Part shown: positions 10,300 through 17,670 of the stretch, piece after piece
Layout: every line of letters starts with the position of its first letter
Position numbering within the stretch: the stretch's first letter is position 1
Assembly: GCA_963795085.1 (NCBI GenBank)
Contig: CAWCFX010000004.1
Location: forward strand, 320,001 to 384,000
DNA length: 64,000 bases
Reading direction: 5' to 3'
From: an uncultured Gemmatimonadales bacterium
GTDB lineage: Bacteria; Gemmatimonadota; Gemmatimonadetes; Gemmatimonadales; GWC2-71-9
Position numbers and translations under genes: made by a program
Notes under the pieces: generated by a model
Told to the model about the DNA's origin: nothing
Database searches by the model: none
What the model saw: the letters and a program-made list of their open reading frames with translations, nothing else

Positions 10300-10911
10300 A
10301 TGGCTGAGCCATCTACGCTGGTTGTCCGGACCTTCCTCGATCGGGCGGAAGCACTCGCGCACTTTTTCCACCGGGCCGGGGAGGCGCCCCGCCTGATCGC
10401 GTTCGACGACGCGCTGGGCTGCCCCATGGAAACCGCCCTGGCCGCTCTCGAGTGGACCAACGCGGTCGGGGCGCTCCACGATGACGACCTGCTACACGCC
10501 GCCCGGCTCACCAGCGAGACCGCCGCGGCGGTCATCGAGCGGAAGGCCGATGGGGGGCGGCGATACCTCTACCTGGGTCCCCGGCTGGACGCGCCCCCGA
10601 TGGACGTATTCGAGGGGGCCGTCATCTTCGACGAGCCGGGCGTCAAGGTGGTGGAGTTCTCCCAGCGGGCCCACGGCCTGGCCCATTTTCTCCGGGCCAC
10701 CTCGGGCGTCGGCGCGCTCCTGGCGCTGCTGGGCCGCCGCCCGCCCGAGATTCGCCACATGCGCCGGTGGCTGGGTCCCATCGTGCAGGAACTTGATGCA
10801 CCCCGCCTGCTGGTCGCGGGCTGGTTCGCCGCCAGTTCGGCCGGGTGCCTGTTTTCATCGAAGGAGGATGAACCATCATATCGCTACATCGAAGTCGGTC
10901 TGGAATCCTAG
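10300..10911 (+). CDS. Hypothetical protein with internal duplication
   Basis: Good GC-rich codon usage; two similar halves (see findings). Confidence 0.75.
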   Translation: MAEPSTLVVRTFLDRAEALAHFFHRAGEAPRLIAFDDALGCPMETALAALEWTNAVGALHDDDLLHAARLTSETAAAVIERKADGGRRYLYLGPRLDAPPMDVFEGAVIFDEPGVKVVEFSQRAHGLAHFLRATSGVGALLALLGRRPPEIRHMRRWLGPIVQELDAPRLLVAGWFAASSAGCLFSSKEDEPSYRYIEVGLES

Positions 10912-11468
10912 CCGTTCTCGCCCTGTTCGCCGTTCACCCTCTCGCGGCACAGAGCGGATTCATCAAGCCGGTAATCCTCGATTCTGCAGGCGCCGCAATG
11001 CTGGACAGCTACGCCTCCATCCGCGATACCATCCGGGTCGTCAGCGGCAAGGCCGCCATACTGCAACGTGATGCCCGCTCGGCGTCTGACCCGGTGCTCT
11101 TTTCCCGCGCCCGGAGTCTCACCGGCGCATGCGACGCCTCGCTGCGCCACCTCGACCGGACCCGGCACCTGATTCTCTCGTCCGACCGCGCCGAACGGGC
11201 CCCGGCACCCCGGCGCACGGCGCTGGATCGCTCAGCCATCGCGCTGCGAGCCGAACTGATGAACTGCACGGGGTTCTACCGGGAGATAACCAGGGACCGG
11301 GTGCGCGATATGCGCGGGAAAGGCGTGACCCAGGCGCTCAAGACCCAGGGCGCCATCCGCGACTTCGAAGGTGCCGCGGAAGCCTACCTGCTGAGCGTGG
11401 GCATCAAGGTCCGGCCCCATGGATCCGGCACGGATGTGTACGCTGGGAGTGCCCGCCGGGCGGATTAG
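10875..11468 (+). CDS. Secreted hypothetical protein; probable near-cognate start (ATC 10875 or ATA 10878)
   Basis: The reading frame of ORF 10998..11468 extends upstream to a stop at 10869 and encodes IISLHRSRSGILAVLALFAVHPLAAQ (signal peptide). AAGGAGG lies at 10861-10867. Confidence 0.6.
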   Translation: MISLHRSRSGILAVLALFAVHPLAAQSGFIKPVILDSAGAAMLDSYASIRDTIRVVSGKAAILQRDARSASDPVLFSRARSLTGACDASLRHLDRTRHLILSSDRAERAPAPRRTALDRSAIALRAELMNCTGFYREITRDRVRDMRGKGVTQALKTQGAIRDFEGAAEAYLLSVGIKVRPHGSGTDVYAGSARRAD

Positions 11469-11486
11469 AATGGCTGGCTTCCGGGT

Positions 11487-11530
11487 AAAAAAAAGAACGG
11501 CCACCTGGCCCTCAGACCAGGTGGCCGTTC
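11487..11530 (-). terminator. Intrinsic terminator
   Basis: Perfect 14-bp stem (gaacggccacctgg / ccaggtggccgttc) followed by U8 on the minus strand. Confidence 0.9.
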
Positions 11531-11907
11531 CCACAAAGACTTACCTGAGGTCGGGGCGATGCCGCCGTTCTTCTCTCAACTGCCGCCAGACCGCTTTCGC
11601 TGTCCGGGAGGGCAGGGTGAGGCCTCAGCTTTGATCCCCAGGCCGGATGGCCATCCCACCTGGTTCATCCCTGTGAGCGCTGCGAATCCAACCGGGTCGC
11701 ACCGGTCTTTCGCAGGGCACTCCGAGGCGCCGGATCGGAGTGGATGAAGCCCGCGACGGACTCCATCTGTCGGAGCCGGAGTGATCACCGGGATCTGCGG
11801 CCGCCTGAGCCCTTGGTTGCGTCGGCGACCTCCCCCGATATTCCGCTCAAACTCGCTAAACGCTCGTCCTGGCAAACGCGGGGTTCAACAGCGATCTCGT
11901 TCAGCGG
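11487..11907 (-). ncRNA. Candidate large structured ncRNA of unknown class
   Basis: Own promoter-like element and terminator, no convincing ORF, many nested helices and a 5'/3' closing helix. Confidence 0.6.
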
Positions 11908-11913
11908 TGATAC

Positions 11914-11941
11914 AAGATAGGATATCGAAATAGCCCCGCAA
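11914..11941 (-). promoter_or_regulatory. sigma70-like promoter for the candidate ncRNA
   Basis: Minus strand TTGCGG-16 bp-TATCTT in an AT-enriched patch. Confidence 0.5.
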
Positions 11942-12054
11942 GCGCCTGTCTTTATTCGGTTTACGGCACCTCTACGTGGAACAAATGTGGATTGCTAACT
12001 GCGCGGGCAACGCCACGATAGCTGATCTCTCCACACCCGTGTGGAGAATGTGAA

Positions 12055-13026
12055 TCAGAGTCCCCACGTACTTTTCCCCCGGAAGATCCGGCGCCGGTCC
12101 AGTTGCCAGATGGTTCGGGAGCTGATCGCTTCGCCTTCGGAGAAGTTCTCCGGGTCGGCCAGTGCCCGGACCATGCTGTCGGCCTTGGCGCTGGCATCGT
12201 CCGCGTGGTGCAACAACTCGGCTTCCAGCGTCATGGGGAGCACCGGCGCGCCAAACTCGAGCTTGCCATGGTGGGCAAGAATCAGGTGGTGCAGCAGGTC
12301 CAGTTCGCCGCTGGTGAGGCCGTGGTCGCGGCCGGCGGCTCGCTCCTGCAGCATGAGGCTCCCCAGGACCACGTGGCCGTAGAGATGACCCCGCGGCGTC
12401 ATCTCGAACCCGCGCTGGTATCCGTAGGCCTCCAGCTTGCCGATATCATGCAGCAACACTCCCGCGACCAGCAGGTCGGGATCGGCCGGCGTGGTTCGGC
12501 TCAGGGTGCGGGCGATCAGACCGACCTCCCAGGTGTGCTGGAGTAATCCACCGAGCGCCGCGTGGTGCCCGGCAACGCTGGCGGGACACCGGCCAAAGGC
12601 GCTGCGGAAGAGTTGATCGTCGTAGAACAACGCCAGAAGGTCCCGGATCCCGGGCGCGGCAACCTGGGCGCGCCATCCGTCCAGGGCCTGCCAGTACAGG
12701 GCCGTATCGCCGACGGTCGGCAGCATGTCCGCCCAGTTCACGGAGGTCTCCGGGATGGGCCGAATGCGATGGACCCGCAGCTGCCGACGCTCGCGATAGA
12801 GCGTGATGTCGCCGCAGACTTCGACCACCTGGCCGCGGCGGATCCCGGCGAGGAGGGGCAGGGTTTCGGTCCAGAAGGGCGCACTCTGGATCCGGCCTGA
12901 CCGGTTGCCGAGGGTGAGGACGACAAAGGGCTGGTTGCCGGCGCCTCGCTGGGCGATGTCGCAGACCAGCAGGGTTCCTTCCAACTGGTCTCCGGCGGCC
13001 AGTCCGGGAAGCGGGATCATGACCAT
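12055..13026 (-). CDS. yhaM: YhaM/Cbf1-like 3'-5' exoribonuclease (OB fold + HD domain)
   Basis: N-terminal OB fold; PAS..HHA..GGLLQH, LLHDIGKL, GHV, ILAHHGKLEFGAPVLP..EAELLHHAD. Confidence 0.85.
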   Translation of the reverse strand: MVMIPLPGLAAGDQLEGTLLVCDIAQRGAGNQPFVVLTLGNRSGRIQSAPFWTETLPLLAGIRRGQVVEVCGDITLYRERRQLRVHRIRPIPETSVNWADMLPTVGDTALYWQALDGWRAQVAAPGIRDLLALFYDDQLFRSAFGRCPASVAGHHAALGGLLQHTWEVGLIARTLSRTTPADPDLLVAGVLLHDIGKLEAYGYQRGFEMTPRGHLYGHVVLGSLMLQERAAGRDHGLTSGELDLLHHLILAHHGKLEFGAPVLPMTLEAELLHHADDASAKADSMVRALADPENFSEGEAISSRTIWQLDRRRIFRGKSTWGL

Positions 13027-13115
13027 GCCCCAAGGTAGCGGTGATCGCCGGCGCCACCGTTACCATTTGCACCCGGCACAGGTACAAAAAAGGACGCGGC
13101 ATTATCTTGGGTTTC

Positions 13116-13514
13116 ATGCCCCCTCTGCACTGCGTGGTCGTCGCTGGTTCAGCGGAACGCCGCCGCCTCATGGAAGACGCGTGGCGCGGGGCAGGGCAGG
13201 TGATCGTCCCCGCCAGGGATGCCGAGGAGGCGGCCAATGCCCTGACTGCGCCGGGACTGGATGTCCTCGCCGTGGACCTGGCTCTGCCCCTCCTCGACCG
13301 GGCGGCCCTGCAACGCGCCATCAGTCCGGCTCTCACCCATCCGCCCGAATCACTCGAGGCCGCCGAGCGGCGGCACATCGCGCTGACCCTGGCCTACACC
13401 GGGGGAAACCGGCGGCAGGCCGCCCGGCTCCTGGGCATCGCCCGTTCAACGATGCTCGCCAAGCTTCGGAAGTATGGGCTGGAATCCATCGGCGGAACCA
13501 CCGGGAGCGACTGA
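13116..13514 (+). CDS. Degenerate receiver-like domain fused to a Fis-type HTH (no AAA+ domain)
   Basis: C-terminal SLEAAERRHIALTLAYTGGNRRQAARLLGIARSTMLAKLRKYGL; N-terminal DVLAVDLALP. ATG at 13116 chosen. Confidence 0.8.
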   Translation: MPPLHCVVVAGSAERRRLMEDAWRGAGQVIVPARDAEEAANALTAPGLDVLAVDLALPLLDRAALQRAISPALTHPPESLEAAERRHIALTLAYTGGNRRQAARLLGIARSTMLAKLRKYGLESIGGTTGSD

Positions 13515-13517
13515 GCC

Positions 13518-14093
13518 ATGCGGATGCAACTGGTTCTCCTCGGTACGCTTCTGGGTATGCCGGCCTGGTCGGGAGCTCAGCAGGCGGTGCGGGATGGTAG
13601 CGTGGCGGAAGGGACGCTCAGTTTCGATGGCCGGGCCACGGTCGGTAATTTCACGGGGACGACGTCCACCGTCACCGGCCGGTTGACCGGCGGCAGCGAT
13701 CTCGCCCAGGCACGGGGCTGGATCGAGGCGCCGGTGGAGTCGCTCAAGACCGGCAACGGCCGGCGCGACCGCGACCTTAACAAGTCCATGGAGTCCGACC
13801 AGTTCCCCGTCCTCCGGTTCGATCTCGCGGGCGTCGTGCCGGGGGTCACCCGGGGCGATTCGACCGCAGTCACCCTGACCGGCTCGTTTACGATTCACGG
13901 GGTGGTGCGTGAGGTCGCAGTGCCGGCCACCGTGATCCGGCTGCCGGGGCACCTCCGGCTCCGCACCAGTTTTCCGATGAACCTGGTCGATTACCAGATC
14001 GGCGGGCTGAGCAAGATGCTGGGCTTGCTCAAGATGTATCCGGACATCACGGTGCACGTGGATCTGCTGTTCTCGCAACCGACCGGCTCTTGA
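13518..14093 (+). CDS. YceI-family lipid/polyisoprenoid-binding protein
   Basis: Signal peptide; SLKTGNGRRDRDL...MESDQFP, GSFTIHGV motifs. Confidence 0.9.
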   Translation: MRMQLVLLGTLLGMPAWSGAQQAVRDGSVAEGTLSFDGRATVGNFTGTTSTVTGRLTGGSDLAQARGWIEAPVESLKTGNGRRDRDLNKSMESDQFPVLRFDLAGVVPGVTRGDSTAVTLTGSFTIHGVVREVAVPATVIRLPGHLRLRTSFPMNLVDYQIGGLSKMLGLLKMYPDITVHVDLLFSQPTGS

Positions 14094-14199
14094 CCGGGAG
14101 CGGTGCTACGATCCACAGGGACAGGGTACCCCGCCCTGTGGATCTCGATCAGACGACTTGGCCGTCAAAGTGGGTCGCCGATCTATTTCCTCGACATTC

Positions 14200-14634
14200 C
14201 TAGGGAGTGATACGCACCCGCCCAAGGCGGGAGACAACGACCTGGCGGCGGGCGCTGCCGCGGGTGACCACGAAGGTGGCGTTGGCAAAGCCCAGCGTCA
14301 CGCCGGTCGGGGCGAAGCGAAGCGTCCGGGGCGGCGAGGCCATGGCGGCACCCCGGGGTACCGGTCCCGGCGCCGCCCAGGCGGGGCTCATGGCCCCCCC
14401 GGCCTGAGTCACCCGGAGAATCAGGGAATCGGCGCGGATCTCCAGTTCGGTGGATCGTCCCTCCAGGACGGCGCGGATCCGGGCCCGCTGGTGGCTCCCC
14501 GCAATGTCTGCCGCGACGGCCTGGACGATGTATCGGTCGCGGAATCGGCCGGCCAGCGGCGCGGCCAGCGACGAGATGAGGCCCACGAGAACCAGCGCCA
14601 GGGCCACCTCCACCAGGGTCATTCCGTTCTTCAT
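14200..14634 (-). CDS. Type IV prepilin-like protein (GspH/FimT-like)
   Basis: N-terminal KNG/MTLVE prepilin cleavage motif with a hydrophobic helix; C-terminal VVVSRLGRVR. Confidence 0.88.
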   Translation of the reverse strand: MKNGMTLVEVALALVLVGLISSLAAPLAGRFRDRYIVQAVAADIAGSHQRARIRAVLEGRSTELEIRADSLILRVTQAGGAMSPAWAAPGPVPRGAAMASPPRTLRFAPTGVTLGFANATFVVTRGSARRQVVVSRLGRVRITP

Positions 14635-14777
14635 GGCCCAACCTTAGGCGGGTCGCTGCAAAGACCGGCATCCTATTATCGCAAGACGCAACACAATTAC
14701 GCGGCAGGGTCCCGCAGGCCATATTCGAGGGCCTTGTCAAACAACGAGTTGGATACCCTTTGCCCGGGGCAGGGGCA

Positions 14778-14793
14778 GGGCACGGTTTCTGCC
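14778..14793 (+). promoter_or_regulatory. Putative sigma54 (-24/-12) promoter upstream of the TPR gene
   Basis: GGGCACGGTTTCTGC: GG (14779-80)-N10-GC (14791-92), close to the consensus TGGCACG-N4-TTGC. Confidence 0.5.
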
Positions 14794-14919
14794 AAACTAC
14801 CGGGACGTTGCGAAGACCGGTTTCTGCAGGAGCCCTCCCCCTGAGGCCTTGCTCCCCGGCGTCTCATTCGGCATACTAGCCGGAGCGACAACGGCGGGCT
14901 TTTTCTCTGGAGGCGGAGC

Positions 14920-16215
14920 GTGGTTGCTATTCCCTCGTTTGAGCTTTTCTCCCCGGACGACCTCCAGGTCGATTCGACCAGTTTCGGAACTTTTCTCAAT
15001 CGGGCCCGTACCGAGCGGGAGCAGGGCCGGGACGTGCCGGCTCGCATTGCGCTGGGAGCCTACCTGGGCGCCCGGCTGGTGGATCGCTGCCTCAAGCTGA
15101 CCGCCGGGGACGACGAGCAGGAAGGGTTCCGCTGGCAGCTGGAAAGCACCCGCAAGTTCCTGGACGACCTCCCTGCCGGCGATGCCGAAGTGTCCCACCT
15201 GCTGGGGATCATCGACGCCATCACCTCACCGCCCAAACACCGGGATACCGTGCTCCGCATGGCGCTGGTGGCCTACGGCTATTTCCTGGAATACGAGGCC
15301 CGGCTCGAGGAGGCCCTCGAGGTCCTCGGCCTGAGCGCCCGCACCTACCGCGCCGACCTCCCGCTGGTAGATGCCGCTACCCTCTCGCTATTCGTCGCCC
15401 GGCTGAACCGGATGCTGGCCCGGTGGGACCGGGCCACCCGGGCGTATGCCATGGCCGAGCAGGCCGGCCTCGAGGCCCGCGACCTCAGCACCGTGATGCT
15501 GGCCCGGATCGGCAGGGCCAACACCATGTGGGGCCAGGGTAACCTGCCGGCCGCCCGTGCCGCGCTGGAAGCGGTCGTGGCCGAAACAGATTCTCCTGAA
15601 CTGTTCGATTGCCGGGGCCGCGCCCTGAGCGATCTCTCGGTAGTTCTTGAGCGGCAGGGATACCTGCTGGAGGCGATCCGGACCCGGTACGATGCCCTGC
15701 GCACTCTGCGCGACGAGGTGCAGCGGACCCGCGCCTTTGGCGACCTCGGTATCACCTTGCGGATGGTCGGGGAGTACGACGCGGCTCGCCGCAGCCTGGA
15801 GATCGTCATGCGGTCGGACGCGGGCCTTCTCCTCCGGGCCAACTCCTGCCTGGAAATGATGGAACTGGAGTCCGCGGTCGGCAACCGGATGGCCTTCGAG
15901 CGCTATCGCCAGGAAGCGCGCACCTTCGAGGACCGAATGCCCCCCTCTATGGCGATCGATTACCGCTATAAAGTAGGCATCGGATTCGCCCGGTTTGGCA
16001 AGGAGGCCAAGGCTCGGTCCATGTTGCGGGAAGCGCTGGCCCTGTCGGAGGCCCACGGGTTGAACCAGTGGTATTTCAAGGTGGACCGGGTGCTGAATGG
16101 TCTGGCCCTCTGCGAGGAGCAGACCCAGGAAACAGCCGCAACCACCGAGTCCAGTGAAGTGGCCTCGGCGGCTGCGGAGATCGTGGCGGGACTGCTCGAG
16201 CTTACCGGAGTGTAG
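14920..16215 (+). CDS. Cytoplasmic all-helical TPR-like protein (candidate peptide receptor)
   Basis: 431 aa, no signal peptide; TPR-like units (ARIGRANTMWGQGNLPAAR, RALSDLSVVLERQGYLLEA, RAFGDLGITLRMVGEYDAAR, VGIGFARFGKEAKAR). Confidence 0.8.
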   Translation: MVAIPSFELFSPDDLQVDSTSFGTFLNRARTEREQGRDVPARIALGAYLGARLVDRCLKLTAGDDEQEGFRWQLESTRKFLDDLPAGDAEVSHLLGIIDAITSPPKHRDTVLRMALVAYGYFLEYEARLEEALEVLGLSARTYRADLPLVDAATLSLFVARLNRMLARWDRATRAYAMAEQAGLEARDLSTVMLARIGRANTMWGQGNLPAARAALEAVVAETDSPELFDCRGRALSDLSVVLERQGYLLEAIRTRYDALRTLRDEVQRTRAFGDLGITLRMVGEYDAARRSLEIVMRSDAGLLLRANSCLEMMELESAVGNRMAFERYRQEARTFEDRMPPSMAIDYRYKVGIGFARFGKEAKARSMLREALALSEAHGLNQWYFKVDRVLNGLALCEEQTQETAATTESSEVASAAAEIVAGLLELTGV

Positions 16216-16224
16216 ACCTTCCGG

Positions 16225-16368
16225 TTACTGGCATGAACGGCCGCCGGAACCCTGGGTTTCCGTGCAAGGTGCGGTATCGGGCCGGGGTCCGCTGGCGTCA
16301 GCGCAGGCGGCGGTCCCAAACAGGGTGAGCGTGACCAGCAGAAGGGCGAGGCGCTTGGTGGTGGACAT
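16225..16368 (-). CDS. Unannotated 47-aa small lipoprotein/peptide precursor
   Basis: MSTTKRLALLLVTLTLFGTAACADASGPRPDTAPCTETQGSGGRSCQ*. AAGGAG SD 6 nt before ATG; n-region KR, hydrophobic core, lipobox-like TAAC. Below the ORF-track length cutoff. Confidence 0.85.
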   Translation of the reverse strand: MSTTKRLALLLVTLTLFGTAACADASGPRPDTAPCTETQGSGGRSCQ

Positions 16369-16408
16369 CGTTAGCTCCTTGTAAGCTAGGTTCCTGGGGG
16401 GCGCCCTT

Positions 16409-16476
16409 ATTATCGGGCGGACCGATGGCCCTGTTTAGGCCCTTTTTACGACATTCAGGGACGGTTTTGCGACATT
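16409..16476 (-). promoter_or_regulatory. Peptide-gene promoter with tandem direct repeats
   Basis: Minus strand TAAACA (16437-16432)-17 bp-GATAAT (16414-16409); direct repeats TTTTaCGACATT (16444-16455) and TTTTgCGACATT (16465-16476), 21 bp apart. Confidence 0.55.
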
Positions 16477-16477
16477 G

Positions 16478-17269
16478 ATGCTGCTTCTGGCGGTGGTGCC
16501 CGGTCTTCGGCTGCATCAACTCCGTACAGCTGATCCAAAGCTGTACAGCTTTCTTGGGCTGCCGTCGTGGGCCGAGGTGGTGGATACCATCCGGCACCGC
16601 CCGGTTGAGATGGTGGTGGTGGACCCGTTGCTGGACGGGCACATGCGGACCCGTGAGATCGAACGGCTGCGAGTGCTGTTTCCATCGCTGCCAATTCTGA
16701 TCTACACCAGCCTCACGCCGGAAGCGCCGAGCGCGTTGCTGGAGTTGGGCCGGATCGGGATCCGGCGGGTCATTCTGGCCCGTTTCGACGACAGCCCGGC
16801 GAACCTGCGGGTCATTCTGCGGGACGAGCTGGAGTGCACGGTCTCCCGCAAAGTGATCCAGGGAGTGGAACCCCTGCTGGTCGGCCTGCCGGCGCAGGCC
16901 CGGTGGGCGCTGGCGTCCCTGCTGCACGCCCCGTCCGAGGTGGCCACGGTGACGGAGCTGGCCGAGCGGGTTCGGATCAAGCGGCGAACCTGTGAACGCT
17001 GGTTTGCGCGGGTTGGATTGCCCTCTCCCCGAATGGTCCTGGTGCTGGCGCGGCTGCTCTACGCCCATCGGCTGCTCCAGGATCCCGGGTACACGGTCGA
17101 GGACGTGGCGGTGAAACTCGGCTATGGCCGGACCCGGAGTCTGCAGTCCCAGTTCAAGGAGATCTTCGGCCTGACGGCGGGTGAGGTGCGGCTTTCGCTG
17201 ACCGTGGAGGAGGCGCTGGACTTGGTAACCAAGCGGTATTTTGCCGGACTCAACAAGGCGGCATCGTAA
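16478..17269 (+). CDS. AraC-family regulator with a receiver-like N-terminal domain
   Basis: C-terminal VTELAERV..RRTCERWF..GLPSP...AHRLLQDPGYTVEDVAVKLGY...FKEIFGLTA; N-terminal VVVDP...PILIYT. Confidence 0.9.
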   Translation: MLLLAVVPGLRLHQLRTADPKLYSFLGLPSWAEVVDTIRHRPVEMVVVDPLLDGHMRTREIERLRVLFPSLPILIYTSLTPEAPSALLELGRIGIRRVILARFDDSPANLRVILRDELECTVSRKVIQGVEPLLVGLPAQARWALASLLHAPSEVATVTELAERVRIKRRTCERWFARVGLPSPRMVLVLARLLYAHRLLQDPGYTVEDVAVKLGYGRTRSLQSQFKEIFGLTAGEVRLSLTVEEALDLVTKRYFAGLNKAAS

Positions 17270-17670
17270 TGGCCAGGGTACTGCTCATCGACGATGAACC
17301 CTCGGTGCGGAATGCGCTGGAACGCGCGCTTCGGTATTTCGGCTACGACGTGATGTCGGCCGCGGGGGGGGACTCCGCCTATGAGCTGCTGCAGCACGAG
17401 ACCTTCGATGCGATCCTGCTGGATATCCGGATGCCGCTCATGTCGGGTGACGCGCTCTTCCTTGCGCTGGTGCGCAGGTGGCCCGAGCTGCGCGACCGCA
17501 TCATCCTGATGAGCGGCGACCCCGACAATGCCACCGAGGGCTGGTCGGCCGAGCTGAAGAGCCGTCCGCTGCTGGCCAAGCCGTTCACACTGGACGCGCT
17601 CAAGCACTGCCTCACCAGCGTCCTGTCCCGCCAGGTTCAACCCCGTCCCAAGTTCGGCAACGGCGCATGA
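17269..17670 (+). CDS. Single-domain response regulator
   Basis: VLLIDDE, ILLDIRMP, MSG, KPF motifs; TAATG overlap with the AraC gene. Confidence 0.92.
   Translation: MARVLLIDDEPSVRNALERALRYFGYDVMSAAGGDSAYELLQHETFDAILLDIRMPLMSGDALFLALVRRWPELRDRIILMSGDPDNATEGWSAELKSRPLLAKPFTLDALKHCLTSVLSRQVQPRPKFGNGA

Noticed and set aside
11576..11875. 99-aa minus-strand ORF inside the candidate ncRNA
   Set aside because: TTG start without a suitably placed SD, no recognisable motif, and the dense base-pairing explains the region better. Not formally excluded.
11487..11907. Identification as RNase P RNA, tmRNA, SRP RNA or 6S RNA
   Set aside because: No GAGGAAAGUC P4 motif, no tRNA-like ends or tag frame, no SRP domain-IV motif, and about twice the length of 6S.
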